Positions 1 through 9,716 of a stretch of 64,000 nt of DNA are shown here, in pieces. The translations under genes and the position numbers were made by a program. Below the pieces are notes generated by a model, which ran no database searches, was not told where the DNA came from, and saw nothing but the letters and a program-made list of their open reading frames with translations. This DNA comes from a virus (lineage: Duplodnaviria; Caudoviricetes). Location: the IMG/VR virus record IMGVR_UViG_3300028886_000042. One strand, given 5' to 3'. The first letter of the stretch is position 1, and the number at the start of each line of letters is the position of its first letter.

Positions 1-281
1 GACACGCCGATAAACAATCTTCTGTCATCAATCGGCTGTTCTTTCCTCTTTAATTCATCAAGTTCCTTTTTGGTATATTCATTCTCCAACTGATAAAGCA
101 TACATACTTTATAGTCAAGCTGCTGTAATGTATATGCAAGCTGATAGATATATGCCATTTTAGCATTAGGTACGTTTCTTGCATCCGCAACGAAGAAATA
201 AAGGACTGAATCCTTATTCCTTACACTGCTGATTGCATTGTCTATACGTTCTAAAATCGTCTGTTCCTTTGTCTTGTCCAT
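1..281 (-). CDS. N-terminal part of a probable glycosyltransferase-like protein (runs off window edge)
   Basis: Manual translation from ATG at 281: MDKTKEQTILERIDNAISSVRNKDSVLYFFVADARNVPNAKMAYIYQLAYTLQQLDYKVCMLYQLE...; open to position 1; pattern resembles a GT-B N-terminus. Confidence 0.5.
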   Translation of the reverse strand, partial: MDKTKEQTILERIDNAISSVRNKDSVLYFFVADARNVPNAKMAYIYQLAYTLQQLDYKVCMLYQLENEYTKKELDELKRKEQPIDDRRLFIGV

Positions 282-290
282 GATTTTCAA

Positions 291-650
291 TTATAAACTT
301 ATAGTTCTGTCCTTTTCTTCCAAAATACCTTCCTTTACCAGTGAATCAAAAATGATTCTGTTACCGATAGGCATTTCATGTACGTTTTTTATGATTTTAC
401 CTGAAGGTGTCATATATGTTGTCAGTACATTGTTAAGCATTCCGTTTAAGAAATCGTAACGCATGGTACACATATGTTCGTTCAAATCCAGTTTGTTCTC
501 TACGACTTCCTTGTTAACCATTGTCAGTTCGCCGCTTTCCAACGGTTGCCAAATTTCGGTTATTGTGGTTTCACTGTTTTTTTCCTTTTCGGTAACCTTT
601 GTCACTGTTTCAAAAAACTTGTCAAAATTGATAACGTATTCTTTACCCAT
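291..650 (-). CDS. hypothetical protein
   Basis: 119-aa ORF in a tightly packed minus-strand operon. Confidence 0.7.
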   Translation of the reverse strand: MGKEYVINFDKFFETVTKVTEKEKNSETTITEIWQPLESGELTMVNKEVVENKLDLNEHMCTMRYDFLNGMLNNVLTTYMTPSGKIIKNVHEMPIGNRIIFDSLVKEGILEEKDRTISL

Positions 651-656
651 ATTTTT

Positions 657-1259
657 TTAATTCCTGTTTAAAATGTTTATGACAGTCTCATCCTTATCAT
701 CAATAACTTCCTTTAATGACTTGAATGTATATTCTGCTTCAACGTCCTTGTTGTAAGGTGCTTCTATTTTTATTACAGTCTTACCTTCCGGTACATTTTC
801 GATTAAATTAGGATTTGCTGTAATAAGAATATCACATCTGTCCCATATTGTTGCCGAGTCAAGAGGAAAATATACCTCGCGTACCGATGAACTTATCTTT
901 GACAGAAATGAATGCGTTGACTGTATTGACTTACCTGTTTCGAACGGGCTTACAAGCATGATTTCAGGTACTTTTTCCTTGTCAAGGTTCATAAGTGTCT
1001 TCTGTGTCCAGTCGTTGAACTTATACGGGAGCATTCTGTCCATAGGCTCTGCCCTTCCGTACAGTTCAAATGCATAGTCCACATAGCGGAACAATTTGTA
1101 CGCATATACGTCCTTGAATGGGAAAACTTCAGACAAATCAAATGAGGTTATATCTTCATAACTGATTTCAAATGTTTCGTCAATACCACGGATATAGTAG
1201 TTCATGAATTGCCTTGTAAAATCACGCAGTACATCATTTATGTCAATCGCTATTTTCAT
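657..1259 (-). CDS. HAD-superfamily 5'(3')-deoxyribonucleotidase-like protein
   Basis: N-terminal IAIDINDVLRD (HAD motif I-like) and C-terminal DILI...APYNK typical of NT5C-like proteins. Confidence 0.7.
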   Translation of the reverse strand: MKIAIDINDVLRDFTRQFMNYYIRGIDETFEISYEDITSFDLSEVFPFKDVYAYKLFRYVDYAFELYGRAEPMDRMLPYKFNDWTQKTLMNLDKEKVPEIMLVSPFETGKSIQSTHSFLSKISSSVREVYFPLDSATIWDRCDILITANPNLIENVPEGKTVIKIEAPYNKDVEAEYTFKSLKEVIDDKDETVINILNRN

Positions 1260-1262
1260 TCT

Positions 1263-1736
1263 TTAATCATTAAACGCCTTTATTTCCTCTCCCTTTGAAT
1301 TGACATACACGATTCTTGGGTACGCATATTCAAGGTTGCATTTGAAACCGCATTCACATTCATGCTTTGAAATTTTCTCAAAAGTAAACGGGTTGAATAC
1401 GGTAGGTGCTTTACTTACAAGTTCGCGTCCGCATTTAGGACAGTATGCATGTTTGATACCTACTTTGATATCTTCGTCAAGAACAGTCGTAAGTTCTTTT
1501 TCACTAATCTTCACATATTCATCGTGGAACTTCTTATAGATGTTCTCCATATCATAAGGACTGTCATTTATGTTCCTTACTTCTTCCATTACGTCCTCCA
1601 TATTAACAGGTTCGATATTAAAGCCTTCCGGTAAATCCTCACTGATTCCGTTTATGTCGAAATTACTGTTCTCTTTTTTTCTGTCCTCTTCAAGCTGCTT
1701 CTTGTAATCCTCTAAAATTTTAGATGTATTTCCCAT
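1263..1736 (-). CDS. Zn-ribbon protein
   Basis: CPKC...CECG Cys pairs. Confidence 0.6.
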   Translation of the reverse strand: MGNTSKILEDYKKQLEEDRKKENSNFDINGISEDLPEGFNIEPVNMEDVMEEVRNINDSPYDMENIYKKFHDEYVKISEKELTTVLDEDIKVGIKHAYCPKCGRELVSKAPTVFNPFTFEKISKHECECGFKCNLEYAYPRIVYVNSKGEEIKAFND

Positions 1737-1765
1737 TTTCTGTTTCTGTATTTTTTTATTATTTT

Positions 1766-2173
1766 TTATTTCTGATAGTCAAGTATGTTGAAATATCTGA
1801 ACCCCTGAAATCCCTTCATCGGTATTTCTTTGTCAATATAGTGAAAAGGCCCGCTTCTTTCAATGAATTTGCCCTTATAATCCTTGCCTGTTGTAGTACA
1901 TTTGAATTCCTTTTCCGAAAACCCTATTATTTTCATCCACCCCTTTACGAATCCTTTGTGTACTATATAGCATTTGTCACCTCTGTTTATTCCCTTCGGG
2001 AAGTTATAGACCTTGAAATTCATCACTTCATCATAGTTTTTGACCTTATCAAGTTCTTTTTCATATTCTTCCCATGATATGTTTGACGGTAGGGTTACTA
2101 TAATCGACCTGTTATTTTTCTCAATATCCTCTAACAGCCGTTTGATATTTAATATGTTAGTGTTTTTGCACAT
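1766..2173 (-). CDS. hypothetical protein (possible ASCH/PUA-like fold)
   Basis: GDKCYIV..G.VKG and C-terminal KGFQGFRY patterns; weak. Confidence 0.45.
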   Translation of the reverse strand: MCKNTNILNIKRLLEDIEKNNRSIIVTLPSNISWEEYEKELDKVKNYDEVMNFKVYNFPKGINRGDKCYIVHKGFVKGWMKIIGFSEKEFKCTTTGKDYKGKFIERSGPFHYIDKEIPMKGFQGFRYFNILDYQK

Positions 2174-2213
2174 ATATAATGAATATATAGGAAATAATTG
2201 TTATTTTCAATAT

Positions 2214-2723
2214 TTATCTGAACTTGTATTGTTTTCTCTCACCGTTTTCATCATGGAAACTCAGATGGAAACTCTTAGGCTTAAGTACGACAAGCGGAGA
2301 CAGCATTTCCTTTGTATATTTGTCACCTAAGCCCTTCTTTAGGTAAGCGATTGTTACGTGCGGATTATAGTCCTTGTATTCACTGTATGTCGGAAACTTA
2401 GACTTAATCAGTCTGTTTGTATCGGACAGAACAATCGAGTTTGCATCGCATTTCAGAACGTCGAAATTTTCATTATTAGTGAATAAGGAAACATTTGTAA
2501 GCATAAGGACATACTTGTCGATAGGCTGTAACAGTTTCTTCAGTTCTTCAACATCCACGTAATTATCAAGGCATGGTACTAACGTCACATGTGTTTCGTA
2601 TTCAATACCGTAGTCTGCATTATCCTCAGTGTAAAGTTCTTCTGAAGGTAATATATTCTGTATGTCATGAATAAGCTCCGGTGTATCATAGTCAATCATC
2701 AGAAATGCATATTTGTCTTCCAT
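2214..2723 (-). CDS. 2H phosphoesterase, Acb1/T4 gp57B-like
   Basis: Two HxT motifs: ETHVTL and DYNPHVTIAY; 169 aa. Confidence 0.8.
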   Translation of the reverse strand: MEDKYAFLMIDYDTPELIHDIQNILPSEELYTEDNADYGIEYETHVTLVPCLDNYVDVEELKKLLQPIDKYVLMLTNVSLFTNNENFDVLKCDANSIVLSDTNRLIKSKFPTYSEYKDYNPHVTIAYLKKGLGDKYTKEMLSPLVVLKPKSFHLSFHDENGERKQYKFR

Positions 2724-2732
2724 TTAAAAATC

Positions 2733-3923
2733 CTATTTTAGTGAATTAATATTATTATTTAGATATTTCTGCAAGCATTCCTTACAGAGTTTTTTTCCGA
2801 ATGTCTGTTCTGCTATCTGCAAGTCATAGAATGACAGTACATCATTACCGTCGTTTGTAATTTCCTCGTCTATTTCACGGGCCGGTCTTAATGTTTCCTC
2901 ATTCATGGATTCCGTATCATATTCAAACGTTCTTCCGCATTCGGCACATATGAATGTTTCGTGTCTGTTTCCTCCGTCATATGCATCAAGCACAACTTCC
3001 TTCTTCTCCTTGTTGCGATATTTCTCATCCATTGACTTAGAGTAGTATTCTTCTGTAAGGTCAACACCGTTTACGTATGCATGGGCCTTGAATTTAAGCA
3101 CATAATGACCGTCATATTCGACAATACCCTTATAGAATATCTTATCAAATCTGAATTCAATCATATCTTCAAGTCTGTATGCGTGTGAAGTCGTAAACAT
3201 AACCCTCTTTAATGACAGTACATCACTCTGTGTATTTCCATTGAAAATTTTTTCAACTTCATTGACAAAGTAGATTGATTTCATATTCTGTTCCTTCGGG
3301 TATTTGCTGACGTAGAAATCGAGAATCATGTTGTCGTTATCATCTAATTTCTTGACAACGAGCCTTGTTGTGAAATTCTCCAACTTGAAACGTGGAGTGA
3401 AATCACGTTCTACCTTAATCGTATAATCGTCAACCGAACTGAAGTCACCTACGTCAATGCATATATTTCCCTGTTTATCCTTGAGTTCAACCGTATCGAA
3501 GTCAACATCCTTGATACCGTCATATACGTTTTTTATGCAAGGATTGTTCGGCTGTATTGTGATAACCGGTAAATCCTCACTGTTCTCGTATTTTACGAAA
3601 TTACTGTCCTGACGTTCGAATCTTCCGTAAGGTGTTTCATACTTAAGTGCCTTTACAGGCGAAAAATACTCATACTGTTTCGATTCTCTGTCAACCTTAT
3701 ATGTACGGTATCTTAACTCTTCGACCTGCTGTGTCACTTCACCCTTCAGTAAGTCCTTTGAAACCCTGTTCTCGTTTACTTCCTGCTGTATTTCAGTCCC
3801 TATACTGTTGTCAATACCGACTTGGGTGAAAACTGTGTCGTTGGTCTGTTTCATGCCGTAAAACAAACCGTACCAGTATGATTGTACTGTCTGAATGATT
3901 TTTCTAAATAGACTCATCTTCAA
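2733..3923 (-). CDS. hypothetical protein with C-terminal Zn finger
   Basis: 396-aa ORF; CAEC...CKEC. Confidence 0.7.
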   Translation of the reverse strand: MKMSLFRKIIQTVQSYWYGLFYGMKQTNDTVFTQVGIDNSIGTEIQQEVNENRVSKDLLKGEVTQQVEELRYRTYKVDRESKQYEYFSPVKALKYETPYGRFERQDSNFVKYENSEDLPVITIQPNNPCIKNVYDGIKDVDFDTVELKDKQGNICIDVGDFSSVDDYTIKVERDFTPRFKLENFTTRLVVKKLDDNDNMILDFYVSKYPKEQNMKSIYFVNEVEKIFNGNTQSDVLSLKRVMFTTSHAYRLEDMIEFRFDKIFYKGIVEYDGHYVLKFKAHAYVNGVDLTEEYYSKSMDEKYRNKEKKEVVLDAYDGGNRHETFICAECGRTFEYDTESMNEETLRPAREIDEEITNDGNDVLSFYDLQIAEQTFGKKLCKECLQKYLNNNINSLK

Positions 3924-4110
3924 AAAAACTTGAAATTCTGTTATTAATCTCCGAATAAATCATATTTCTTAGTGTTAATGACTTATCATAGTTTTCCCTT
4001 ATTCTCTTGTCAGTAGGATTCATGCTCCTTTTAATATTAAGGTAATCCAAATTCTTCTCACATAGTCTGAGATGCGTATAAAGTTCGTCAATAGTAAGTT
4101 TTTCCAACAT
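3904..4110 (-). CDS. small hypothetical protein
   Basis: 68-aa ORF overlapping the start of the next gene. Confidence 0.55.
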   Translation of the reverse strand: MLEKLTIDELYTHLRLCEKNLDYLNIKRSMNPTDKRIRENYDKSLTLRNMIYSEINNRISSFFEDESI

Positions 4111-4167
4111 TTTTTTCCTTTAAACCTATATATAGTTTAATATAGGCGGTAAATATTATAAAATAAA

Positions 4168-4209
4168 CAAAAAACACGGATATTCACTAAAAAAAGCAAA
4201 CATCCGTGT
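4168..4209 (-). terminator. intrinsic terminator after GMP reductase
   Basis: ACACGGAT...ATCCGTGT inverted repeat followed by a T-run on the minus strand. Confidence 0.55.
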
Positions 4210-4247
4210 CGGAATTATATAAACAACAAAGAAAAACCTGTTCTCTG

Positions 4248-5261
4248 TCAATCCTGATTGAACTGATTTGAAGCATTTGCACTTAGTACATTCACTTCAA
4301 CTTCCCCTATGAAATCCTTTATATCCCTTTTATTGCAATATGACATAAGAGATGATAGATAATTTATGAATTTTTCAGTAAAGGTTTCGATTGTACCTTC
4401 ACATCTGTTATATATCACCTTACCTTCAGGTGAACCGGTCTTACCGAGCATTTTCATACCCTTTTCGGATGCCATACCGTAATATTCCTTGAATTTTGTT
4501 TCCTTCAAATGACCTGTTTCCTTATCAGCAGCCATCTTTGTTACCACTTCGGCGGCACTGTCCTCCAAACGGTTCAATACACTTCCTAACATTACATAGT
4601 CAGCACCTAAAGCAAGTGATTTGAACATTCTTCTGAAACTTGATATACCACCGTCTGCAACAATCTTTGTTTTATACCCTCTGTCCTTCTTTATCTGATA
4701 GCATTCGTCAATAAGTGAAGCCAACGGGTATAGAAGCCCCAGATATGTAGCTGTATTACATGCAGCACCTGAACCTACACTGCATCTTACATAGTCAACA
4801 CCTATTTCACAGAATTTTTCGAATGTTTTAGGATTTGCAATGTTACCAACCATAAGTTTCAGTGAGTCACCGTACATTTTCTTAGCCTCTGATGATATGT
4901 TGTAAAGTTTCATCATATTACCGTTGGCGATATCTATAAGTGCATATATTGTTTCACTCTTGAATTTTTCGGTTATAAAGTATTTTTCAAATTCAGAAAG
5001 TGAAAACGCACACCATTTTCCCTTACATTCCTCTAATCTGAATTTTATATCTTCAGTACGCGGCAGAATTGCGTTAATTCCGTGTTGTTCATATTTGGAA
5101 AATGTATCTTTATTTACAACACACGGCATCGGAGCAGTGAAAATCGGCAATTTATTTCCATCATAATAAGGATTACATTCACTTCTATGCTCAATTTCGG
5201 ATAAAACAGCCGGCATTATGGCAATATCCTTTAGGCTGTATAGTGTTTTATTTACAATCAT
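4248..5261 (-). CDS. guaC: GMP reductase / IMPDH-family oxidoreductase
   Basis: PIFTAPM, DIANG, VGNI, catalytic loop GSGAACNT, ADGGI, ALGADYVMLG, YYGMAS, EGK; no CBS domains. Confidence 0.85.
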   Translation of the reverse strand: MIVNKTLYSLKDIAIMPAVLSEIEHRSECNPYYDGNKLPIFTAPMPCVVNKDTFSKYEQHGINAILPRTEDIKFRLEECKGKWCAFSLSEFEKYFITEKFKSETIYALIDIANGNMMKLYNISSEAKKMYGDSLKLMVGNIANPKTFEKFCEIGVDYVRCSVGSGAACNTATYLGLLYPLASLIDECYQIKKDRGYKTKIVADGGISSFRRMFKSLALGADYVMLGSVLNRLEDSAAEVVTKMAADKETGHLKETKFKEYYGMASEKGMKMLGKTGSPEGKVIYNRCEGTIETFTEKFINYLSSLMSYCNKRDIKDFIGEVEVNVLSANASNQFNQD

Positions 5262-5872
5262 TCCTCAATTTCTTCTTTTTTAATAGATTTTTTGTATTTT
5301 TCCTTCATTTCAATTGCTACGAAATGATTTGCCATTCTGACAAGTGAAGCAAGCGGCGTTATGAAATAGTTTGCTTTGTCATCATCTGCTTTGTCTATAA
5401 TCCTTATGGCCTCATATTCCTCTTCTGATAATGAAATTCCGTATTTCTGACAAAGATAAAGTGACCTTTCGCCTAATTTCATTGAAGTTTTCAGTTCATC
5501 ATTGAATTCGTACAGGATTCCCTTGTTGATTTTCCACGTTTCCCTTGTATCTACGAATAATTCAGCCTTTGAAATATGCTGTAATAGCAGAACTCTCATC
5601 AGCATGTCATTATTAACCCTCATATGTGAGAATTTACCCGTATCACTGTATACTATTTCATTTATACTGTACGCAATCGTACATAAATGGTTAAGTACAA
5701 CATCGATTAACGACCCCTGATAGGCAGAACCGCATTCGGCTGTCATTGAAAAACTTGCATTCATCAGTTTTTCACCTAAATCGTTAATCATTTCTTCTGA
5801 ATAACAGTTGTATTTCTTTAACTTGTTACAGAAGGTTACGTAATTAAGTTTGATTTTTTCAATTGTAAGCAT
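5258..5872 (-). CDS. HD-fold-like hypothetical protein
   Basis: AYQGSLID..LLQHISK...LGERS...LSEEEYEAI resembles degenerate HD phosphohydrolases. Confidence 0.5.
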   Translation of the reverse strand: MLTIEKIKLNYVTFCNKLKKYNCYSEEMINDLGEKLMNASFSMTAECGSAYQGSLIDVVLNHLCTIAYSINEIVYSDTGKFSHMRVNNDMLMRVLLLQHISKAELFVDTRETWKINKGILYEFNDELKTSMKLGERSLYLCQKYGISLSEEEYEAIRIIDKADDDKANYFITPLASLVRMANHFVAIEMKEKYKKSIKKEEIEE

Positions 5873-5900
5873 ATTTTTGCATTTTATAGGTTTTTCAATG

Positions 5901-5931
5901 CAAATATACGTGCTTATACGGGTTTTTCAAA
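5901..5931 (-). promoter_or_regulatory. Bacteroidota-type housekeeping promoter
   Basis: Minus strand TTTG-N19-TATATTTG upstream of 5872. Confidence 0.75.
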
Positions 5932-5933
5932 AT

Positions 5934-5966
5934 AAAAAAAGTGGAAAATTCTGTTTTTCCACTGTT
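5934..5966. terminator. terminator hairpin
   Basis: AGTGGAAAA...TTTTCCACT flanked by an A-run. Confidence 0.55.
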
Positions 5967-5979
5967 TATTCTTCATTTT

Positions 5980-6657
5980 TCAGCTTTTTTTCTTGTTTTT
6001 CCCCTTGTAAACCATCTGACACTCGAAAACATTGTTGTCTGAGTCCAAAAAGAGGAATTTGTCACTCATTTTCATCGCCGTAAGCATGTTTCCGTTCATT
6101 CTTGACATGTTTCTGTTCATGGATTCGTTAAGTTCGTTCCTTATCTCGTCCTTTACAGACCTTACGGCTTCCTCAACGATAGTCCTTATAAGGGAATAGT
6201 CGATATTTACACTCGCATTCCGGTTAATTTCATTAATAAGTGCCTTTTTAGCCTCTTTTTCCTTATCCATTTCATCCAACTGGTTTATTATGTCAGTACT
6301 TTTGGAGACACTTCCCATTGTGGTTGCAAGTTTTTGTGTAAATGCATCCATTTTCGGGTCTACAGTTGTTGAAATCAGCGGATTTGCGGCAATTGACTCC
6401 TTTATGACGCTAGGAAGCTTTGAATTACGTATATTTTCCTGTGAAATTCCGTTTTTCAGCATTTCCATTTCTTCTTTTGCATCATATGGCCTGTTACCGG
6501 AACCGTCGTCAACAATTTTCCGTCCGAAAACCTTTTCAGTAAGGTCATCCACATTTCCTACGAATGTACTTACATTCTGTGCCGGTATTCTTCTGTTACT
6601 TACACTTATATCGGATGACATACTCTTCGCTGTATTAAGTTTACTTTTTAAATCCAT
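5980..6657 (-). CDS. hypothetical protein
   Basis: 225-aa ORF. Confidence 0.7.
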   Translation of the reverse strand: MDLKSKLNTAKSMSSDISVSNRRIPAQNVSTFVGNVDDLTEKVFGRKIVDDGSGNRPYDAKEEMEMLKNGISQENIRNSKLPSVIKESIAANPLISTTVDPKMDAFTQKLATTMGSVSKSTDIINQLDEMDKEKEAKKALINEINRNASVNIDYSLIRTIVEEAVRSVKDEIRNELNESMNRNMSRMNGNMLTAMKMSDKFLFLDSDNNVFECQMVYKGKNKKKS

Positions 6658-6706
6658 GAATTTCTATACTTGTATATTTTGAAAATACTGTTTTCAGAAA
6701 ACTAAA

Positions 6707-7576
6707 TCAAGTGTTTTCCTCTTCTTCTTCAGTGTTTTTTAACCTGTCCTCTAATTCTTTCTTCGTTATCGGGTTTGACGTGTCACCTAATCTGTCTCTA
6801 AGGTTGTCAAGTTCCCTGTTTAAAGAGTCCTTTCTGTTCAGATAACGTGAATCAGATGATTTTTCCCATCGTCTGTCTGCACGATTCATTCTGTCTGTTT
6901 CTGACTTGTTCAGTCTGTCAATATCCTGTTTTGCAGTACTTGTATTGAATACATTGTCAACTGTCTGCTCTTTCTCCGCACTCTTCTTTAATTTCGGGCC
7001 GGTTTCTGAAGGCTGTTTGTTATAATCTGTAAATCCGTTCTTCGTTTTTATGTCAGACAGTCTGATAGGATTAATTACCTGCTGTTTCAGTCTCTCCATT
7101 TTCTTTTCAGAATCGGTTTTGAAAACGTCATCCTTTAACTTAGGATTAGTATTCATTACCATATTGTTCTTGTCAATAGTGTTTTTGTTTCCGAACTTTG
7201 CGATTTTATACACAATTCCCATAGTTTCGTCACCGTCTGGGTTGAAATCACCCAAACCTTTATAGATATCAGAAGCAGGTTCACTGAATGTCTGATTTGT
7301 CTCTTTCCAGTAACTTATGCGGTCAAGTCTGAAGAATTTCCATGACGGAACCTTTGACCTTGTATCACCATACGGTTGGAATGCACGTATTACAGGATTA
7401 CCGGCCTTCGTAACACCATAGGCATACACCTCAATGATACGGGCACCGGTAGCAATATCTTCACCATAGGAATGATAGTTTATGATTATCCTCTTATGGT
7501 TGTCAATTGCATCATCTATCTCACTTACCGAAACAGATTCATTGAGTAATATGTTTTCCAAAAGTTCTGTAAGCAT
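6707..7576 (-). CDS. WYL-domain protein
   Basis: IDDAIDNHKRIIINY...RIIEVYAYG...VIRAFQ...WKFFRLDRI matches the WYL pattern; low-complexity C-terminus. Confidence 0.75.
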   Translation of the reverse strand: MLTELLENILLNESVSVSEIDDAIDNHKRIIINYHSYGEDIATGARIIEVYAYGVTKAGNPVIRAFQPYGDTRSKVPSWKFFRLDRISYWKETNQTFSEPASDIYKGLGDFNPDGDETMGIVYKIAKFGNKNTIDKNNMVMNTNPKLKDDVFKTDSEKKMERLKQQVINPIRLSDIKTKNGFTDYNKQPSETGPKLKKSAEKEQTVDNVFNTSTAKQDIDRLNKSETDRMNRADRRWEKSSDSRYLNRKDSLNRELDNLRDRLGDTSNPITKKELEDRLKNTEEEEENT

Positions 7577-7587
7577 TTATATCCGGA

Positions 7588-7618
7588 ATAGCCCGTAGAT
7601 TTTTTTATCTACGGGTTA
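7588..7618. terminator. hairpin/terminator
   Basis: TAGCCCGTAGAT...ATCTACGGGTTA inverted repeat. Confidence 0.55.
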
Positions 7619-7645
7619 TGAAATAATTGTGTGTGTTTTTATCAG

Positions 7646-8005
7646 TTAGGGTACTCTGTACTGACCTTCCCTTACATTAAGACTTGTGTCAACAAGATTT
7701 TCTGAATACATACGTGTAGGCTTATAGAGACTTCTTACCATTGCAAGGGTTCTTGTCTCATTGTCAACGTCTGTACCTGCCTCACTTTCAGGATTTGTAT
7801 CGAAGTTAGAATAATTGAATACACCTAATGCACCGGTGCAATTTGGTAACCAGTGTGTATGCCCACCACCGGTTCCACGGCCTAATTTTCCGCCTGCACG
7901 TGCATCTTCATGAGTCTCGTTATACTCATTATCCCTCTGATAGTCATTTCTGATTATTTCCTCATGTCTCTCTTCTCTTGAGACGCTTTCCAAACATGAT
8001 ACCAT
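7646..8005 (-). CDS. hypothetical protein (late motif upstream)
   Basis: 119-aa ORF; ATATTTATA on minus strand at 8035-8043. Confidence 0.7.
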   Translation of the reverse strand: MVSCLESVSREERHEEIIRNDYQRDNEYNETHEDARAGGKLGRGTGGGHTHWLPNCTGALGVFNYSNFDTNPESEAGTDVDNETRTLAMVRSLYKPTRMYSENLVDTSLNVREGQYRVP

Positions 8006-8042
8006 ATTTTAATTAAAATTAGTTCTTATTTTGATATAAATA

Positions 8043-9134
8043 TCACTTAATACCGATTCTGGCCTTAAAATCCTTAATACATTCATCTTCGTTATACGAA
8101 ATATTCGAAACTGCCTTGTCTATTTCCTCTTCGGGTATGTTTTGTGTCCTAAGAAAATCCTTATCTTCTTCTGACTGTGAAAATGCCGAATTTGTTTTTC
8201 TGTTTACTGCGTTTCCGTGTATGGGTATATAGCCTCTTAACTTTTTACCGTCCCAGTAAACAAAGAAAAGAACAGGAGATTCCCAATCTCCTCCGGCATA
8301 TCCGATTATATATGATATTCCGTTTGTTTTTCTTATATCTCCTATAGATTCGCAGTTTTCGAAATCAAATTTAACCTTTTCGAGGTCATTGTGAAGTTCT
8401 GATAACTCAGGGGTTTCTTCGTATGGACTGCAAAACCTGTTTACGAAATTCCGAATGTTAAATTTACGGTCATCATCCCCAGTTGTATTACGGTTCCATA
8501 TATCAGACAGTTTTTCTTCAAACTCCTTCGGTGTTATCTTAGCTGCTGTACGTCCCTTCTTTGCAAGTTCAACATCCATATTAACTTCGTATCTTTTGTT
8601 CTCCCCGATAATCTGTCTGTACAGAGATTCGGTTATGCGTATCACCTTTCCTTTTCTTTCCTTGTTCTCGAACCGAACCGTATCATTGTTGCTTATCTTG
8701 TCTGATACATTCTTTGTCTGTATTTTTGCTATTGTCGGCTTGTCTTTTCTTATCTGTCTCTGTTTTTCGTGCGGTCTGATATAGGCATTCTTCATTCCTG
8801 CATCCTTCTTTGCCTTTTTGAAACCTTCTATTGCCGAAGTAGCTGTATTAAGGGTATTATTGACCCAGTTCATCATAGGTTCACCACCGTTCAGTGTATA
8901 TTCATCTGAATATTGTGTACCTTTATAGTTATCGAAGAAATTCTTGATACGTTTCATTTCGTTGTAAGAAATTGAATCCATTTCAAGAATGTTATTAAGG
9001 CGTTTATATCCTTCTACACTCTTGTCACCGGTATATGAGTTCAATATGCCGGTAAGATAACTCCTTATACCTTTCGGTATGACGAATTTCCTGTTTAACA
9101 GTTCCCTGTTTCCTTCAAATAAGAAATGTATCAT
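8043..9134 (-). CDS. two-domain hypothetical protein, probably virion-associated
   Basis: 363 aa; internal KVIRITESLYRQIIGE leader-like motif separates two domains. Confidence 0.7.
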   Translation of the reverse strand: MIHFLFEGNRELLNRKFVIPKGIRSYLTGILNSYTGDKSVEGYKRLNNILEMDSISYNEMKRIKNFFDNYKGTQYSDEYTLNGGEPMMNWVNNTLNTATSAIEGFKKAKKDAGMKNAYIRPHEKQRQIRKDKPTIAKIQTKNVSDKISNNDTVRFENKERKGKVIRITESLYRQIIGENKRYEVNMDVELAKKGRTAAKITPKEFEEKLSDIWNRNTTGDDDRKFNIRNFVNRFCSPYEETPELSELHNDLEKVKFDFENCESIGDIRKTNGISYIIGYAGGDWESPVLFFVYWDGKKLRGYIPIHGNAVNRKTNSAFSQSEEDKDFLRTQNIPEEEIDKAVSNISYNEDECIKDFKARIGIK

Positions 9135-9148
9135 AATTTTTTTGACAG

Positions 9149-9664
9149 TTATTTTCTGATATTGTTTATTTTAAGTTTCAGTTCCTTTAACCACGAATAT
9201 GGGAGTGAGGAAAAATCAAAACTCTCAATCAGTTTGTTAAGTACGATTGCCTGCTGTTTCGGATGAAGAGGTTTCATCGAATCTATCAGTATGTTAGCCT
9301 TGTTCTGTACGCCTTGAGGTATTTTTACGAGGTTATCATCTGTATTTCCGTTACTTAAAGTGTCAAGTTCCTTATTGTTGTAATAATCATCGACATTATC
9401 GTTATTCGTGTCGTTTTCCTTCAACGTATGCGGTCTGAGTGCAAAACCGGCATATCTGTTATATGCCTGTGATGACAGTTTATCGGCAAAACTGTCTGTT
9501 GTTTCAGGTTCTCCGTCCTCTTCATCATCCAACTTTCCGTTTACTGATATTTCCGACTGTCCGTTATACTGCTTGAAATCGCCGTTTCCGAGGTAATCGA
9601 ACGTATCACCAGCAGCTTCTTTTATCTGTTGTTCCGTTAACCTTATAATTCGCATCTTTTTCAT
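9149..9664 (-). CDS. hypothetical protein with IRLTEQQIKE leader
   Basis: Start reassigned to ATG 9664 (MKKMRIIRLTEQQIKEA), downstream of the divergent late motif. Confidence 0.7.
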   Translation of the reverse strand: MKKMRIIRLTEQQIKEAAGDTFDYLGNGDFKQYNGQSEISVNGKLDDEEDGEPETTDSFADKLSSQAYNRYAGFALRPHTLKENDTNNDNVDDYYNNKELDTLSNGNTDDNLVKIPQGVQNKANILIDSMKPLHPKQQAIVLNKLIESFDFSSLPYSWLKELKLKINNIRK

Positions 9665-9686
9665 TATAAAAACACAAAAAAATAGC

Positions 9687-9703
9687 CTATTTATTATAAA
9701 TAG
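9687..9703. promoter_or_regulatory. bidirectional late-promoter palindrome
   Basis: CTATTTAT-T-ATAAATAG between divergent genes at 9664 and 9717. Confidence 0.6.
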
Positions 9704-9716
9704 TGCATATTCGGTA

